This document shows positions 9,914 to 19,597 of a stretch of DNA of 64,000 bases, in pieces (within the stretch, counting starts at the first letter, position 1; each line of letters begins with the position of its first letter). The position numbers were made by a program, and so were the translations under genes. The DNA comes from an uncultured Gammaproteobacteria bacterium. Lineage in GTDB: Bacteria; Patescibacteriota; Microgenomatia; UBA8517. The stretch covers positions 1,115-65,114 of the forward strand of contig CAZMSJ010000001.1 in NCBI GenBank assembly GCA_964568925.1. The letters run 5' to 3'. The notes under the pieces were generated by a model. That model saw only the letters and a program-made list of their open reading frames with translations. It ran no database searches and had not been told where the DNA came from.

Positions 9914-12364
9914 TTATCTCCAACTTGGAAGCCAGTAATACGATTCGTTTAACCAGAGAGGAACAGGGAGACCAGTTAATCGTGGGAAGAAATACAAGAA
10001 CACAACGCCAGCAATAATTAAGAATGGAAGTATGAGTTTTGGTGAACGAGATAGACAATAGGCAAGACTAATACAAAGGAACGGAACAGCTGGAAAATAA
10101 TGATACAAAAACATAATACGAGGAGAGAATGCCCATGGCATAAACAGACCTGCATAGGACGCAACTACGAGTGCCGCGGACTTACTTTTGTCCTTCAATG
10201 CATACCAGGACGTAAGAAAGATTGACGCCAATCCTCCCCAAAAGATAATCGGATTCCCCATCGCATAAATATTTGAAATAACACCATTATGTTCACCACT
10301 GGTGTAGAGCCAAATTGGTCGACCTAATACTGGCCAACTCCACCACGGAGAACTGAATGGATGAGTTGCAACAAGTCCGGTGTGATACCACCAAATTTGT
10401 TTCTGCATTCCCCAAAAAATATCGAACGTATGTCCCGAGGTAAACATAAAGAGATATGAACCAATGTAGATGGCAACGGGAATAATAAGGAACGAGAGAT
10501 ATGAAATTTTTATTCTTTTTTGTTTCAGAATAAAGGTGACAACAAGGATTGGTAGCAACCACAACGTCGTCCATTTTGCAGAAGCTGCTAAACCTAATGC
10601 GATTGAAGCAAACACAATTTTATTTTTCAAAAATAAAATAATTGTAAGAAGCAGGAAGAAGACGAGATAGATATCATTCATTCCAATACGACTTAAGACT
10701 AGGGCCAAACCATCGAGACTAAAGAGAAATGCAGCAAGTAACGCAACCTTTTCTTTCTTAAATAATTCCTTTGTTAGGGCATAGACCAAATACACACTCC
10801 CCGTTCCAAAAAGTGCAGCAGGCAAACGCCATCCAAAACTTGTTTCCCCTACCAAAACCATCGACATAACCATCGCAAGTTTTGCAAACGGTGGATGGGT
10901 CCATTCATATGCAAACCCTTCAGGACTTTCATTCCACCATTCCCACACCTTTATATTTCCATGCAACATTTGTCGAGCTGTGAAAGCATGGTATACCTCA
11001 TCAAAGTATTCATGTTCAGGAGATACCAGAGCAAATAAACGGGTAGACAACGCCCACACAAGAATCACTACAAGGAGAATTTTTGCCGTCTTGTTTGAAA
11101 TATCTTTCGCAAAAACTTTTGGCTCAGGGCTTGAAAGGAATGCTTTAACGTAGCCTACCAAACCGCCGACACGACTGGCTTTGATAAAGCCAATAAAAGA
11201 CTTTGTTTTTTCTTCTTGCAAGACAATCACAAGAGACATGATATTAAGCAAAATAAAAAAGAAAATGAGAAGCGGTGAATAGCTCTCTTTAAAATTCTCT
11301 GTAATCCAGATAAAGGCATAGTTCATATTTGCGATGTATACAAAAGACAACAGCACATAGGAGATTAAAAGCTCTGTGGAAATTGCAGCCAGTGGAGCAA
11401 GTGCCACTATTGCTGGAAGTAAATGTCTCTCATGCATACGAGTGAAGAATAAAAAGTTTGCGAGAAACAGGAGGACAAGCATTTTTATTGATGACAATTG
11501 TCGATCTCCCTTTTGTTTACGAAATTGTATGTAGCCAACAAGAGACACAAGACCAAACAGCAAGTAGCCCAAGTATTTATTGGTAAACAGGCTTGCTCCT
11601 TCTGGTTTCCAAAATCCAAAGAGCCCCCAAAAATTAAATGCGTTTACACTTCCATATGGATATTGGTTTAGGGTTACACCAAGTCGTTCAAAGATAAACG
11701 TGACGATGTTTTGTCCATTTGAAAATGGGAAAAACAAAAGGAGGAGAACCCCCGTTGCAACGAGGACAAAAACAATCTTTTGTTTAAAACTTTTTTGTAA
11801 AAAGAGGGGAAGAAGAACCAAACCAGTTAACGCCGCTTGTGGTTTTATTGCGGAACCAATTGAAAGAAAGATTGCTGAGAGAATTACACTTGATTCAAAA
11901 CTCACGACACTTGCTAAGGAAAACAGAACGGTCAAAATATCAACTTGTCCCCACAGAGTAGAGTTAGCAATCGTTGCTGGGTTAAACCATACAAGAACAG
12001 CACCAAACAATGCTTTGTCTGGATACTTTTTCTTCAAGATATAGTAGGTCGTTAAACCAGCAAATATGTCTGCCGTAATTGCTGGCAATTTATATAAAAC
12101 TACCGTTGGTATTCCGATTGACTCGATGCCAGACAGAAATGACAAGACATATAAATATCCAGGCAAGTAATCACTCCAACTGGTGTAAAACATTGAAAAG
12201 CCATTCGTGGTAAGTGAATGTGCCCATGCAATAAACGTATTTTGATCTAGTAGCAGGGTCCCAAACTGTGCAAGTATAATGCGAAGCATGAAGGCACTAA
12301 TGGCGAGCAAAAAGACCCGGAGGATAGTAGGTCCGCTTGTTGTTTTTTTCTTCTTTTTCATCAT
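9914..12364 (-). CDS. Tandem GT-C glycosyltransferase: N-terminal mannosyltransferase-like domain fused to PMT (GT39) protein O-mannosyltransferase-like domain
   Basis: DYLPGYLY...WGQVD...MHER (first GT-C); FDEVYH, EWTHPP, FGWR, H...HPFSSPWWSWP, FLYHY (PMT). Confidence 0.85.
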   Translation of the reverse strand: MMKKKKKTTSGPTILRVFLLAISAFMLRIILAQFGTLLLDQNTFIAWAHSLTTNGFSMFYTSWSDYLPGYLYVLSFLSGIESIGIPTVVLYKLPAITADIFAGLTTYYILKKKYPDKALFGAVLVWFNPATIANSTLWGQVDILTVLFSLASVVSFESSVILSAIFLSIGSAIKPQAALTGLVLLPLFLQKSFKQKIVFVLVATGVLLLLFFPFSNGQNIVTFIFERLGVTLNQYPYGSVNAFNFWGLFGFWKPEGASLFTNKYLGYLLFGLVSLVGYIQFRKQKGDRQLSSIKMLVLLFLANFLFFTRMHERHLLPAIVALAPLAAISTELLISYVLLSFVYIANMNYAFIWITENFKESYSPLLIFFFILLNIMSLVIVLQEEKTKSFIGFIKASRVGGLVGYVKAFLSSPEPKVFAKDISNKTAKILLVVILVWALSTRLFALVSPEHEYFDEVYHAFTARQMLHGNIKVWEWWNESPEGFAYEWTHPPFAKLAMVMSMVLVGETSFGWRLPAALFGTGSVYLVYALTKELFKKEKVALLAAFLFSLDGLALVLSRIGMNDIYLVFFLLLTIILFLKNKIVFASIALGLAASAKWTTLWLLPILVVTFILKQKRIKISYLSFLIIPVAIYIGSYLFMFTSGHTFDIFWGMQKQIWWYHTGLVATHPFSSPWWSWPVLGRPIWLYTSGEHNGVISNIYAMGNPIIFWGGLASIFLTSWYALKDKSKSAALVVASYAGLFMPWAFSPRIMFLYHYFPAVPFLCISLAYCLSRSPKLILPFLIIAGVVFLYFFPRLTGLPVPLWLNESYYWLPSWR

Positions 12365-13478
12365 ATTCAAACTTACGTCTGGTGGCGATACTCCATATAA
12401 CTATTTTGTGAGATTAGCTGACGCCTTTGCTCATGGCCGATTATACCTCAAGAATAGTGAACCATGGTTATCGGAATTAATTCCAACAGATTCAGGTTAC
12501 TTTGTACCATATTCTCCATTTCCTGCAATAATCGCTCTGCCCTTTGTTTTCCTCTTTGGTGATTTCTCACAAACAACAATAACAAACCTTGTTGGTGCAA
12601 CGATTCCCCTTTCGATGTATCTACTCGGACGAAGAAAGGGTATGAATGCTTCTTCTCTCGTCTTCCTTACGCTCTTAACTGGTATTGGTACGATCCTTTG
12701 GTTTGAGTCAGCGGTTGGTTCAACTTGGTACTTTGGACAAGTAACGGCCGCTGCATGTCTTATGTGGGCAATATACGCGGCTACTACACAAAAATTCCCA
12801 CTCCTTGTTGGTGCACTTGTCGGAGCTGCATATATGTCGAGAGTTCACACCATTTTCTCACTTCCCTTTTTTGTCTATCTTTTAAAAGATGTTTTCTATA
12901 AAGAAAACAAAATACAATGGAAACCAGTTTTTCTCTTTGCCACTGGGCTTTCACTTTTTCTCGTCACAAACGCTTGGTATAACTTTGCCCGCTTTGGAGT
13001 TATCTGGGACCGCGGATATCTCTTAATTCCCGGGGTACTTGAAGAACCATGGTTTTCCAAAGGCATCATTCACTACTCCTATATCCCAAAGAACCTTCAT
13101 ACCTTGTTCCTTTCAATGCCAGTAATCATTCAGACACCTCCATACATTCAACCGTCGTGGTTTGGATTATCTATTCTTATTACAACTCCAGTGTTTCTCT
13201 TTGCAATGAAAGCACGAGCAAAAAGATGGGATATACGACTATCCCTCCTTTCGGTTCTTTGTATTGGAACCTTTGTCTTAATGCACGGCAATAACGGGGG
13301 CACTCAGTTCGGAGTGCGATATGCCATCGACTTTTATCCATTCCTCTTTTTTATCTTGATGGACCTCTTTCACACAAAGAAACCATCAACCATAGCTTGG
13401 GTGTTACTGATGATTGGAATACTCATCAATACCTGGGGAGTACTCTGGATCAACTTCTTTCACTGGGTGAGCTTCTAA
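12288..13478 (+). CDS. Polytopic membrane protein, probable GT-C family glycosyltransferase
   Basis: LADAF..GRL, Y....PFPA, N..RFG and QFG.RY..D motifs; many TM helices. Confidence 0.7.
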   Translation: MKALMASKKTRRIVGPLVVFFFFFIIFKLTSGGDTPYNYFVRLADAFAHGRLYLKNSEPWLSELIPTDSGYFVPYSPFPAIIALPFVFLFGDFSQTTITNLVGATIPLSMYLLGRRKGMNASSLVFLTLLTGIGTILWFESAVGSTWYFGQVTAAACLMWAIYAATTQKFPLLVGALVGAAYMSRVHTIFSLPFFVYLLKDVFYKENKIQWKPVFLFATGLSLFLVTNAWYNFARFGVIWDRGYLLIPGVLEEPWFSKGIIHYSYIPKNLHTLFLSMPVIIQTPPYIQPSWFGLSILITTPVFLFAMKARAKRWDIRLSLLSVLCIGTFVLMHGNNGGTQFGVRYAIDFYPFLFFILMDLFHTKKPSTIAWVLLMIGILINTWGVLWINFFHWVSF

Positions 13479-13526
13479 AGGCAAATTGGTTGTACCAAGA
13501 TAAGGAAAGAAGGTACAATGAATATC

Positions 13527-13943
13527 ATGAATCCTGCTGTCCAGGAAGCTGCGTCGACGAGTGCACACGCCGTGCCTCACACTCCGTTTGTCCTCATTGT
13601 TGAGGACGATCTTCTCCTCTCAAAAATGTATGCAGAAAAGTTTGCAATCGATGGATTCTTTACACAAGTTGTCCATGATGGAGAAAGCGCTCTTGCGACG
13701 ATTAAGGCAAAGCTTCCTGATTGTGTACTCCTTGATCTTCACATCCCAAAAATTGATGGCCTTGAAGTAGTAACGAGAGCAAAGGCAGAGCTCGGGGTAA
13801 TTCCGCCCTTTATTGCGCTAACCAACATTGCTGAAAAAGAGAGACGAGACCAAGCAATGGCATTGGGGGTTCGTGAATACTTAATTAAAGCAATGCTTAC
13901 TCCTGAACAGGTTGTGCAGAAGGTGAAGCAAGTATTGAGTTAA
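13527..13943 (+). CDS. Single-domain response regulator (receiver)
   Basis: VLIVEDD...VLLDL.IP.IDG...ALTN...YLIK. Confidence 0.9.
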   Translation: MNPAVQEAASTSAHAVPHTPFVLIVEDDLLLSKMYAEKFAIDGFFTQVVHDGESALATIKAKLPDCVLLDLHIPKIDGLEVVTRAKAELGVIPPFIALTNIAEKERRDQAMALGVREYLIKAMLTPEQVVQKVKQVLS

Positions 13944-15009
13944 CCCATTCGTGAACACTACTCCAGTTTCCAGCCTTTGGAAGAAAGATAAACTGTTTGT
14001 TTGGTGCCTTTTTTAACGGTGGTGAATAGAGATAGGTGGAGTCAATTACGTGTGTTGCAAGTGTTCCTCTGTTTTTCAGTAAAAACCGAGCAAGGACTGC
14101 CCCTTCTTCAGGCAAAATATCTGTTTCAATTGATGAAAACACCGCATCTCGTACTGCTATGATTCGAGGAATTGAAGTCATCGTCTCAACGGACAAGGCT
14201 TTTGATTGAATTGCTGAGATAACTTCTTGCTGCCGCGCTGCTCGTGCAAGATCATTCCCTTCATTGGGGTCAAGAGAGTGCCGGGAGCGGACATATTTTA
14301 AGGCAGTAACACCATCCATATGAGTAACCCCTTGGCTAAAAGTAATTGTTTCGTATCGACAAGCAAACGTTTTGTCCCCGTTACACGGGTCATTCTCTTT
14401 TCCAAAGAGAGGATATCTGTTGTCAGTGAAACCTTTGGAAACAGTAACATCAACCCCACCTAATGCGTCTACTATTCCAATAAAGCCACTGTAATCAAGA
14501 ACTGCCGCATATTGAATTGGGAACCCTACTACTACTCGTGCCTCTTGTTTGGCCAGAGAGAACGCTTCAATACGCCCTTTTTCCCGTCCCACAAGGTATG
14601 CGTGATTAATCTTAGCCTTCAGGGTTTCTGACCAAATATCACGTGGTATAGAGATTAAATTAATGGTGTTTTTCTTCTGATCAAACACAGCAACAATCAT
14701 CGTATCTGTTAAGTTTGGTGTGTCGTTTAAGATGCCACCTCTTCCCAGGAGAAGAATTGCAGTTTTTCCATCAACTTGACTTACACCATAATCAGGCAAG
14801 GTGAGAAATGATGTTAATAACGAGATACCTTGGCCATCAGTTACTTTTTGAAAAAAGAAAACTCCGACAAGAGTGATAACCAGAAGGACCAGCGTTACGC
14901 TCAAAAAAATCTTTTTCCAGAGTCCTGTTCGCGAAACTTTTACTGGTTCAGCTTCTCCCTCTTTGGGTGTGGTAACCTCTTTTGCATGAGATTTTTTCAT
15001 TTTTTTCAT
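13897..15009 (-). CDS. LCP (LytR-CpsA-Psr) glycopolymer transferase
   Basis: TDTMIV, ISIPRD, KINHAY, VDALGGV, YVRSRH and D..R..RQQ motifs. Confidence 0.92.
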   Translation of the reverse strand: MKKMKKSHAKEVTTPKEGEAEPVKVSRTGLWKKIFLSVTLVLLVITLVGVFFFQKVTDGQGISLLTSFLTLPDYGVSQVDGKTAILLLGRGGILNDTPNLTDTMIVAVFDQKKNTINLISIPRDIWSETLKAKINHAYLVGREKGRIEAFSLAKQEARVVVGFPIQYAAVLDYSGFIGIVDALGGVDVTVSKGFTDNRYPLFGKENDPCNGDKTFACRYETITFSQGVTHMDGVTALKYVRSRHSLDPNEGNDLARAARQQEVISAIQSKALSVETMTSIPRIIAVRDAVFSSIETDILPEEGAVLARFLLKNRGTLATHVIDSTYLYSPPLKKAPNKQFIFLPKAGNWSSVHEWVNSILASPSAQPVQE

Positions 15010-15121
15010 AAGGAGTTCTTCTCGTCTTCTCTCATGATAATTGTACCGTGACAAAAGTGCTTTGCCATAGTCACTGACAAAAAGGTTAGCCAAGTACGAG
15101 AAAACAGTGTATTGTAATTCG

Positions 15122-16942
15122 ATGAGCATAGACCTAACAACACTAAACGAACAACAGAGAAAAGCCGTAACACATGAAGGAAGCCATTTACTCGTTTTAG
15201 CCGGAGCAGGGAGTGGAAAAACACGAGTCCTTACCTTTCGCGCAGCCTACTTACTTGAAGAGAAGAAAGCTGAACCTCAAGAAATGCTTCTGTTAACCTT
15301 TACCAACAAAGCAGCAAAAGAGATGAAGGAACGCATCATGGCATTAACGAGTCACATGCCATACTTTGCAGGTACGTTTCATAGTTTTGCTGTAAAACTT
15401 CTTCGCGTAGAAGGAAAGCACCTTGGACTCTCAGATCACTTCGTGATCTACGACACAGATGACCAAAAGGACCTTATTAAAACAATTCTTGATGATCAGA
15501 ATATTAATCCTGATTCATACAACCCAAATGCACTGCTGGCTCAAATTGGTGAGGCAAAGAATGAAATGATGTCACCGACTGAATATGCAGCAATTGCCAG
15601 AGGAGAGTTTCAAGAAGTAGCTGCACGCGTGTATGCCCTCTATGAGGAGTATTTAAAAAAGGCACAAGCCTTGGACTTTGATGATTTGTTAATCAAGTCA
15701 GTGCAATTACTTTCAGACCACAAAGAAGTGAGAGATCGATGGCAAAACAGATTGAAGTACGTTTTTGTCGACGAATGGCAAGACACCAATAAAATTCAAT
15801 ATAAGCTCGTTAAGTTACTGGTTGGAACAAAAGGATTTGTAACAGCAGTAGGTGACGCCAGTCAATCTATTTATGGATGGCGTGGAGCAGACTATCGAAA
15901 TGTAAATTACATCACCCGTGATTATCCAAACATTACGGTTATAAACATGGAACAGAACTACCGTTCAACCCAAACAATCCTCACGGCAGCAAACGCTATT
16001 ATTTCAAAAAACACCAGTCACCCAATCTTGGACTTATGGACTGAGAATGCACAAGGGGAACGAATCAAACTCTACAAGGCTGAAAGTGGACTTACAGAAG
16101 CAAGCTTTGTTGTTAAAAAAATTAAGGAGTTGGTTAAAACTGGTTACACCTATCAAGATGTTGCAGTTTTATATAGAACAAACTCACAATCTCGTGTCAT
16201 TGAAGAGTCGCTCTTGCATGATGGTATTCCCTACACCCTCGTTGGTGGTACAAAGTTTTATGAGCGCGCTGAAATCCGAGATGTCTTATGCTACTTACGG
16301 CTCTTAACAAACCCGAGTGACACTGTCTCCCGTGCACGAGCTGAGAAAATTGGTAAAAAGAGACTTGCTGCTTTTGAGGAATATCAAAAGAAGGCTGATA
16401 TCACAAAATCAACAATCACCCTCTTAGATGATGTAATTCGAGTAACGACTTACCTTGATAAATTTGCTCGTGATAGTGAAGAGAATCAAAGTAGACTAGA
16501 AAACATTAAAGAACTTCGATCAGTTGCATCAGAGTTTCCTATTATTTTGGAATTTTTAGAAAACGTTGCCTTAGTTGAAGCACAGGAAACAAAACATGCT
16601 GATGACCAAAATGCAGTGACGTTAATGACGTTGCACTCGGCAAAGGGTCTCGAGTTTCCAGTTGTCTTTATGGTTGGAATGGAAGAAGGGTTGTTCCCTC
16701 ATTCCCGAGCATTGTGGGACACCAATCAACTGGAAGAAGAACGTCGACTTGCCTACGTCGGGATAACACGAGCAAAAGAAGTACTATTTTTAACCTATGC
16801 AGACAGGCGTCTCTACTTTGGACAGAGATCCAGTAACCCACCATCTCGATTTTTAATCGACCTTCCACAAAAGTTGGTTGATGCCTCAGAAAATTTCACA
16901 CGAGTTAAGCCTTCATACGACTTTGAAAACGAAGGGTACTAA
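15122..16942 (+). CDS. UvrD/PcrA ATP-dependent DNA helicase
   Basis: AGAGSGKT, DEWQD, GD..QSIYGWRGA, QNYRS, KGLEF, EERRLAYVGITRA. Confidence 0.95.
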   Translation: MSIDLTTLNEQQRKAVTHEGSHLLVLAGAGSGKTRVLTFRAAYLLEEKKAEPQEMLLLTFTNKAAKEMKERIMALTSHMPYFAGTFHSFAVKLLRVEGKHLGLSDHFVIYDTDDQKDLIKTILDDQNINPDSYNPNALLAQIGEAKNEMMSPTEYAAIARGEFQEVAARVYALYEEYLKKAQALDFDDLLIKSVQLLSDHKEVRDRWQNRLKYVFVDEWQDTNKIQYKLVKLLVGTKGFVTAVGDASQSIYGWRGADYRNVNYITRDYPNITVINMEQNYRSTQTILTAANAIISKNTSHPILDLWTENAQGERIKLYKAESGLTEASFVVKKIKELVKTGYTYQDVAVLYRTNSQSRVIEESLLHDGIPYTLVGGTKFYERAEIRDVLCYLRLLTNPSDTVSRARAEKIGKKRLAAFEEYQKKADITKSTITLLDDVIRVTTYLDKFARDSEENQSRLENIKELRSVASEFPIILEFLENVALVEAQETKHADDQNAVTLMTLHSAKGLEFPVVFMVGMEEGLFPHSRALWDTNQLEEERRLAYVGITRAKEVLFLTYADRRLYFGQRSSNPPSRFLIDLPQKLVDASENFTRVKPSYDFENEGY

Positions 16943-16956
16943 AAAGCCCCTCCGGG

Positions 16957-17247
16957 CTAACCCGGAGAGGAGAGACATGCATGAGCTTCTTCTAACAATT
17001 TTTTCAGTTCAGACGACAAATGTGGTTCGTATACCTCGCCAACATATACGTCTGCCATAGGCACCTGGTGTGGACTATATAAATCTACCCACCAAACATC
17101 ATCGATAAATACCTGAATCGTACAATTTTCTTGCCAGCACCTGAGAATTTTTCCAAGCTTTTGAATAGGAATTGGGTGTCCTTGTTTGTGAAACCAAAGG
17201 GAAACAACAACTATATAGGCAACAACCTCAATATCTGAAAGCCACAT
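16957..17247 (-). CDS. Hypothetical protein (orphan cassette)
   Basis: 96 aa; TTGTGT-17-TATACT promoter, SD AAAGGAG, terminator hairpin at 16941-16970. Confidence 0.6.
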   Translation of the reverse strand: MWLSDIEVVAYIVVVSLWFHKQGHPIPIQKLGKILRCWQENCTIQVFIDDVWWVDLYSPHQVPMADVYVGEVYEPHLSSELKKLLEEAHACLSSPG

Positions 17248-17345
17248 CGCATTAAGCTCCTTTCAGTGCAGTTTCAACAAGTATAGAGGCTGACATAGCC
17301 AAACACAAGCTATAGGTGAAAACTGATCGTGTTAGAATAATTTCA

Positions 17346-18281
17346 ATGACTGTTACGAAAGAAGAACTAAACGCAGTAGCTACACACCCATTGCAAACAT
17401 GGGAATGGGGTGAGTTCCGAAAAAAGTGGGGCAACCAGGTTGTTCAATTCCCATTTGGCCAGTTGACCGTCCACAAACTTCCCATCCTTCCGTTCTCAGT
17501 TGCCATTTTTGAGCGTGGAACAAAACCGACAAGCGAAATACTTACAACATTAAAAGAGTATGCCAAAAAGCATCAAATTCTCTTTATTAAGCTTGAACCA
17601 AACATAGAACAAGACAGCGAAACGGTGAAGCTACTTACCTCCTTTGGTGCAGTTGCCGGCAAGACACTGTTTACCCCAACTACTTTTCTTCTTGATATAA
17701 CCAAGTCTGAAGAACAGCTACTTCAAAGTTTTCACCCGAAAACTCGATATAACATTCGATTAGCTTCCAAAAAAGGAGTAGTGGTCTCCGTTGATAACAG
17801 TGAAAAAGCATTTGAAACGTATTGGAAGTTAACTAAGGAGACGACAAAAAGACAAGGATTTTATGCACACACAAAGAGATACCACGAACTCATGTGGAAT
17901 ACATTGCACCCTGCTGGAATTGCACATTTGTTAACAGCTACCTATGAAGGCGAGACACTAGCCACATGGGTACTGTTTTTATGGAAAGATACCCTCTATT
18001 ACCCATATGGGGCATCAACTGATACTCATAAAAATGTAATGGCCCCAAACCTCATGATGTGGGAAGCAATTCGATTTGGGAAAAAGCATCATGCAAAAAC
18101 ATTTGATCTGTGGGGACGAGAACCTGGGAAAGGATTTACAAAATTTAAAGAAGGATATAACCCAGAAATATTTACCTTTATTGGAACGTGGGACCTTGTT
18201 TGTTCTCCATTGTATTGGCTCTACCGGGCTGCCGAATATCTTCGATGGAAACTTCTCAAATTAAAGGCAAAGGCACACTAA
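17346..18281 (+). CDS. FemABX-family peptidoglycan bridge peptidyltransferase
   Basis: HPLQTWEWGEF, KTRYNIRLA.KKGV, YYPYGAS, GFTKFKEG. Confidence 0.9.
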   Translation: MTVTKEELNAVATHPLQTWEWGEFRKKWGNQVVQFPFGQLTVHKLPILPFSVAIFERGTKPTSEILTTLKEYAKKHQILFIKLEPNIEQDSETVKLLTSFGAVAGKTLFTPTTFLLDITKSEEQLLQSFHPKTRYNIRLASKKGVVVSVDNSEKAFETYWKLTKETTKRQGFYAHTKRYHELMWNTLHPAGIAHLLTATYEGETLATWVLFLWKDTLYYPYGASTDTHKNVMAPNLMMWEAIRFGKKHHAKTFDLWGREPGKGFTKFKEGYNPEIFTFIGTWDLVCSPLYWLYRAAEYLRWKLLKLKAKAH

Positions 18282-18302
18282 TACACAATCTGACTTGAGA
18301 GT

Positions 18303-19109
18303 ATGGATATTAGACAAACGAAAACATATGGAGCCTTTTTAACCGGTATTGGGTGGAAGGTAAAAAGGGAAAAAGGTACACAGATCTTTTTTAAAAAAAT
18401 CCCCATCATTGGCTCTGCAATGAAAATACAACGAACAGATGATTTTAATATTAAAGACGTACTTACCCTTGCCAAAGAGCATCATGTGTTTCAGATAATC
18501 ATTGAACCAAAGAGTGACCTTCACACGAAAGAACTATCTGAACATGGATTTTCACTTTCAAAAAGCACATTCCTTCCGAGTAAAACTGTTCAAATTAATT
18601 TAGACCAATCACTTCCTTCAATTTTGTCTCATATGAAGAAAGATGCCAGATACTCGATTAAGAAATCGAGCTCTTGTGTCATCAAAGAATGCACTGACAC
18701 CCAAACCTTTCGAAATGCATGGAGACAAGCGGTTGCACACAGACGACATGTACTACCGATGCATGACCTTGACGCTCTGAGAAAGGCATTTGGAAGCGAT
18801 CTGATCTATCTCTTAAATGAAGACCACACTTCAGGTGGAATGTTTTTAAAAGCAGACAAAACTGTCTATTACTGGGCTGGGTTTACAACACAAGGAGCAC
18901 GAAAGACACTTGTGCAGTATCAGGTAATCTGGAAGGCAATTAAGTGGGCTAAGGAGAAGAGGGCAACGACCTTTGATTTTGAAGGGATATACGATGAGAG
19001 ATTCCCCAAAAAAGATTGGCTTGGGTTTACCCATTTTAAAAAAAGTTTTGGAGGAGAAGAAGTTTCTTTTCCTGGGTGTTATACAAAATCAAGAATTCCC
19101 TTCTTTTAA
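18303..19109 (+). CDS. Second FemABX-family (GNAT) peptidyltransferase
   Basis: MKKDARYSIKK, FDFEGI, GFTHFKKSFGG. Confidence 0.85.
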   Translation: MDIRQTKTYGAFLTGIGWKVKREKGTQIFFKKIPIIGSAMKIQRTDDFNIKDVLTLAKEHHVFQIIIEPKSDLHTKELSEHGFSLSKSTFLPSKTVQINLDQSLPSILSHMKKDARYSIKKSSSCVIKECTDTQTFRNAWRQAVAHRRHVLPMHDLDALRKAFGSDLIYLLNEDHTSGGMFLKADKTVYYWAGFTTQGARKTLVQYQVIWKAIKWAKEKRATTFDFEGIYDERFPKKDWLGFTHFKKSFGGEEVSFPGCYTKSRIPFF

Positions 19110-19114
19110 AGCAC

Positions 19115-19342
19115 AAGAAAAGGGCCAGCTATGCTGGCCCTTTGGGCAAATGGTTTTTAAATAATAATGTTTTAGGCTGCTCAGGTCATAATGACCTCCT
19201 CTTTAATCGGTGTGAGCGGCTTAAGCCGTAGGCAAAAATTTACAAGTAGCCAAGGAAAACCCTAACAAAAAAATCCTTCCTTGCACACCTGTGCATTTCT
19301 TAACGGTAGGAGTACTATATCACCCATCTTATATTTTGTCAA
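19115..19342 (-). ncRNA. Candidate small RNA or minigene transcription unit (with its promoter and terminator)
   Basis: TTGACA-17-TATAGT (19342-19314); ~190 nt with no long ORF; terminator AAAGGGCCAGC-ata-GCTGGCCCTTTT. Confidence 0.45.
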
Positions 19343-19425
19343 ATAGGGATATTTTTTGAGGGTAAAAATAAGGGGAGAGGGGTTGCCTCTCCCAAATTTA
19401 CTGGCTGGAAGCGCTAACACGAAGG

Positions 19426-19512
19426 TTAAAAAACAAGCTTCCTCGGCCACATACTGCGGCGAATGAGTCCTGTGCGCCTTAACCCTTTATGGTCAACAGA
19501 CTTGGCGTACAT
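19426..19512 (-). CDS. 28-aa basic small protein MYAKSVDHKGLRRTGLIRRSMWPRKLVF
   Basis: TTGACG-17-TATAAA promoter (19582-19554), SD-like GAAAGGA, terminator at 19364-19393. Confidence 0.5.
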   Translation of the reverse strand: MYAKSVDHKGLRRTGLIRRSMWPRKLVF

Positions 19513-19597
19513 TTTGGGATCACCGTCCTTTCATTCACCGGATGATAGGTGTATTTATACGGCCAAGACAGACACACGTCAAGAGTGGAAAACAGAT

